A DNA stretch of 64,000 nucleotides from Camelus ferus. Taxonomy: Eukaryota. The stretch spans positions 23,438,001-23,502,000 of the forward strand of contig NC_045697.1 in NCBI RefSeq assembly GCF_009834535.1, in the 5' to 3' direction. The notes beneath the pieces are model-generated. The model was not told where the DNA came from. It saw only the letters and a program-made list of their open reading frames with translations, and made no database searches. Positions 63,936 to 64,000 of the stretch are shown in pieces; the stretch's first letter is position 1, and every line of letters begins with the position of its first letter. A program made the position numbers and the translations under genes.

Positions 63936-64000
63936 ACTATGACTTCTCAATCATTCCTCTTTACTTTGACTGATTTTTGATAGTTTGTACTGTCATATTA

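Overview
AT-rich, CpG-poor mammalian genomic DNA with no recognisable protein-coding gene, CpG island, rRNA, genuine tRNA or CRISPR array. A tRNA-derived SINE with target-site duplications (TSDs) at 29385-29508 and young L1 3' ends resemble camelid elements, so a camel/alpaca-type cetartiodactyl source is inferred. The window is dominated by transposon fossils: about 20 solo LTRs in both orientations (ERV1, one ERV2-like, ERVL, MaLR), many with readable TG...CA ends and TSDs, plus old L1/HAL1, L2, MIR, hAT and Tigger pieces and microsatellites. All ORF-track entries look spurious. The most notable structures are: (i) a three-level nest MaLR > Tigger > ERV2-like LTR at 1.8-3.4 kb; (ii) a nest of three (possibly four) ERV1 LTRs at 26.5-28.6 kb; (iii) an inverted pair of same-family LTRs at 38.6/41.2 kb; (iv) an unexplained diverged ~125-bp duplication at 53.6/54.9 kb that retains a hairpin and H/ACA-like boxes; (v) a perfect 14-bp hairpin inside an old L1 5' region; (vi) several repeat-free, motif-rich blocks that could be enhancers. 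I cannot support a claim of a new biological system. Repeat family names come from my recall of consensus sequences, not from a search, and boundaries without a TSD are approximate.
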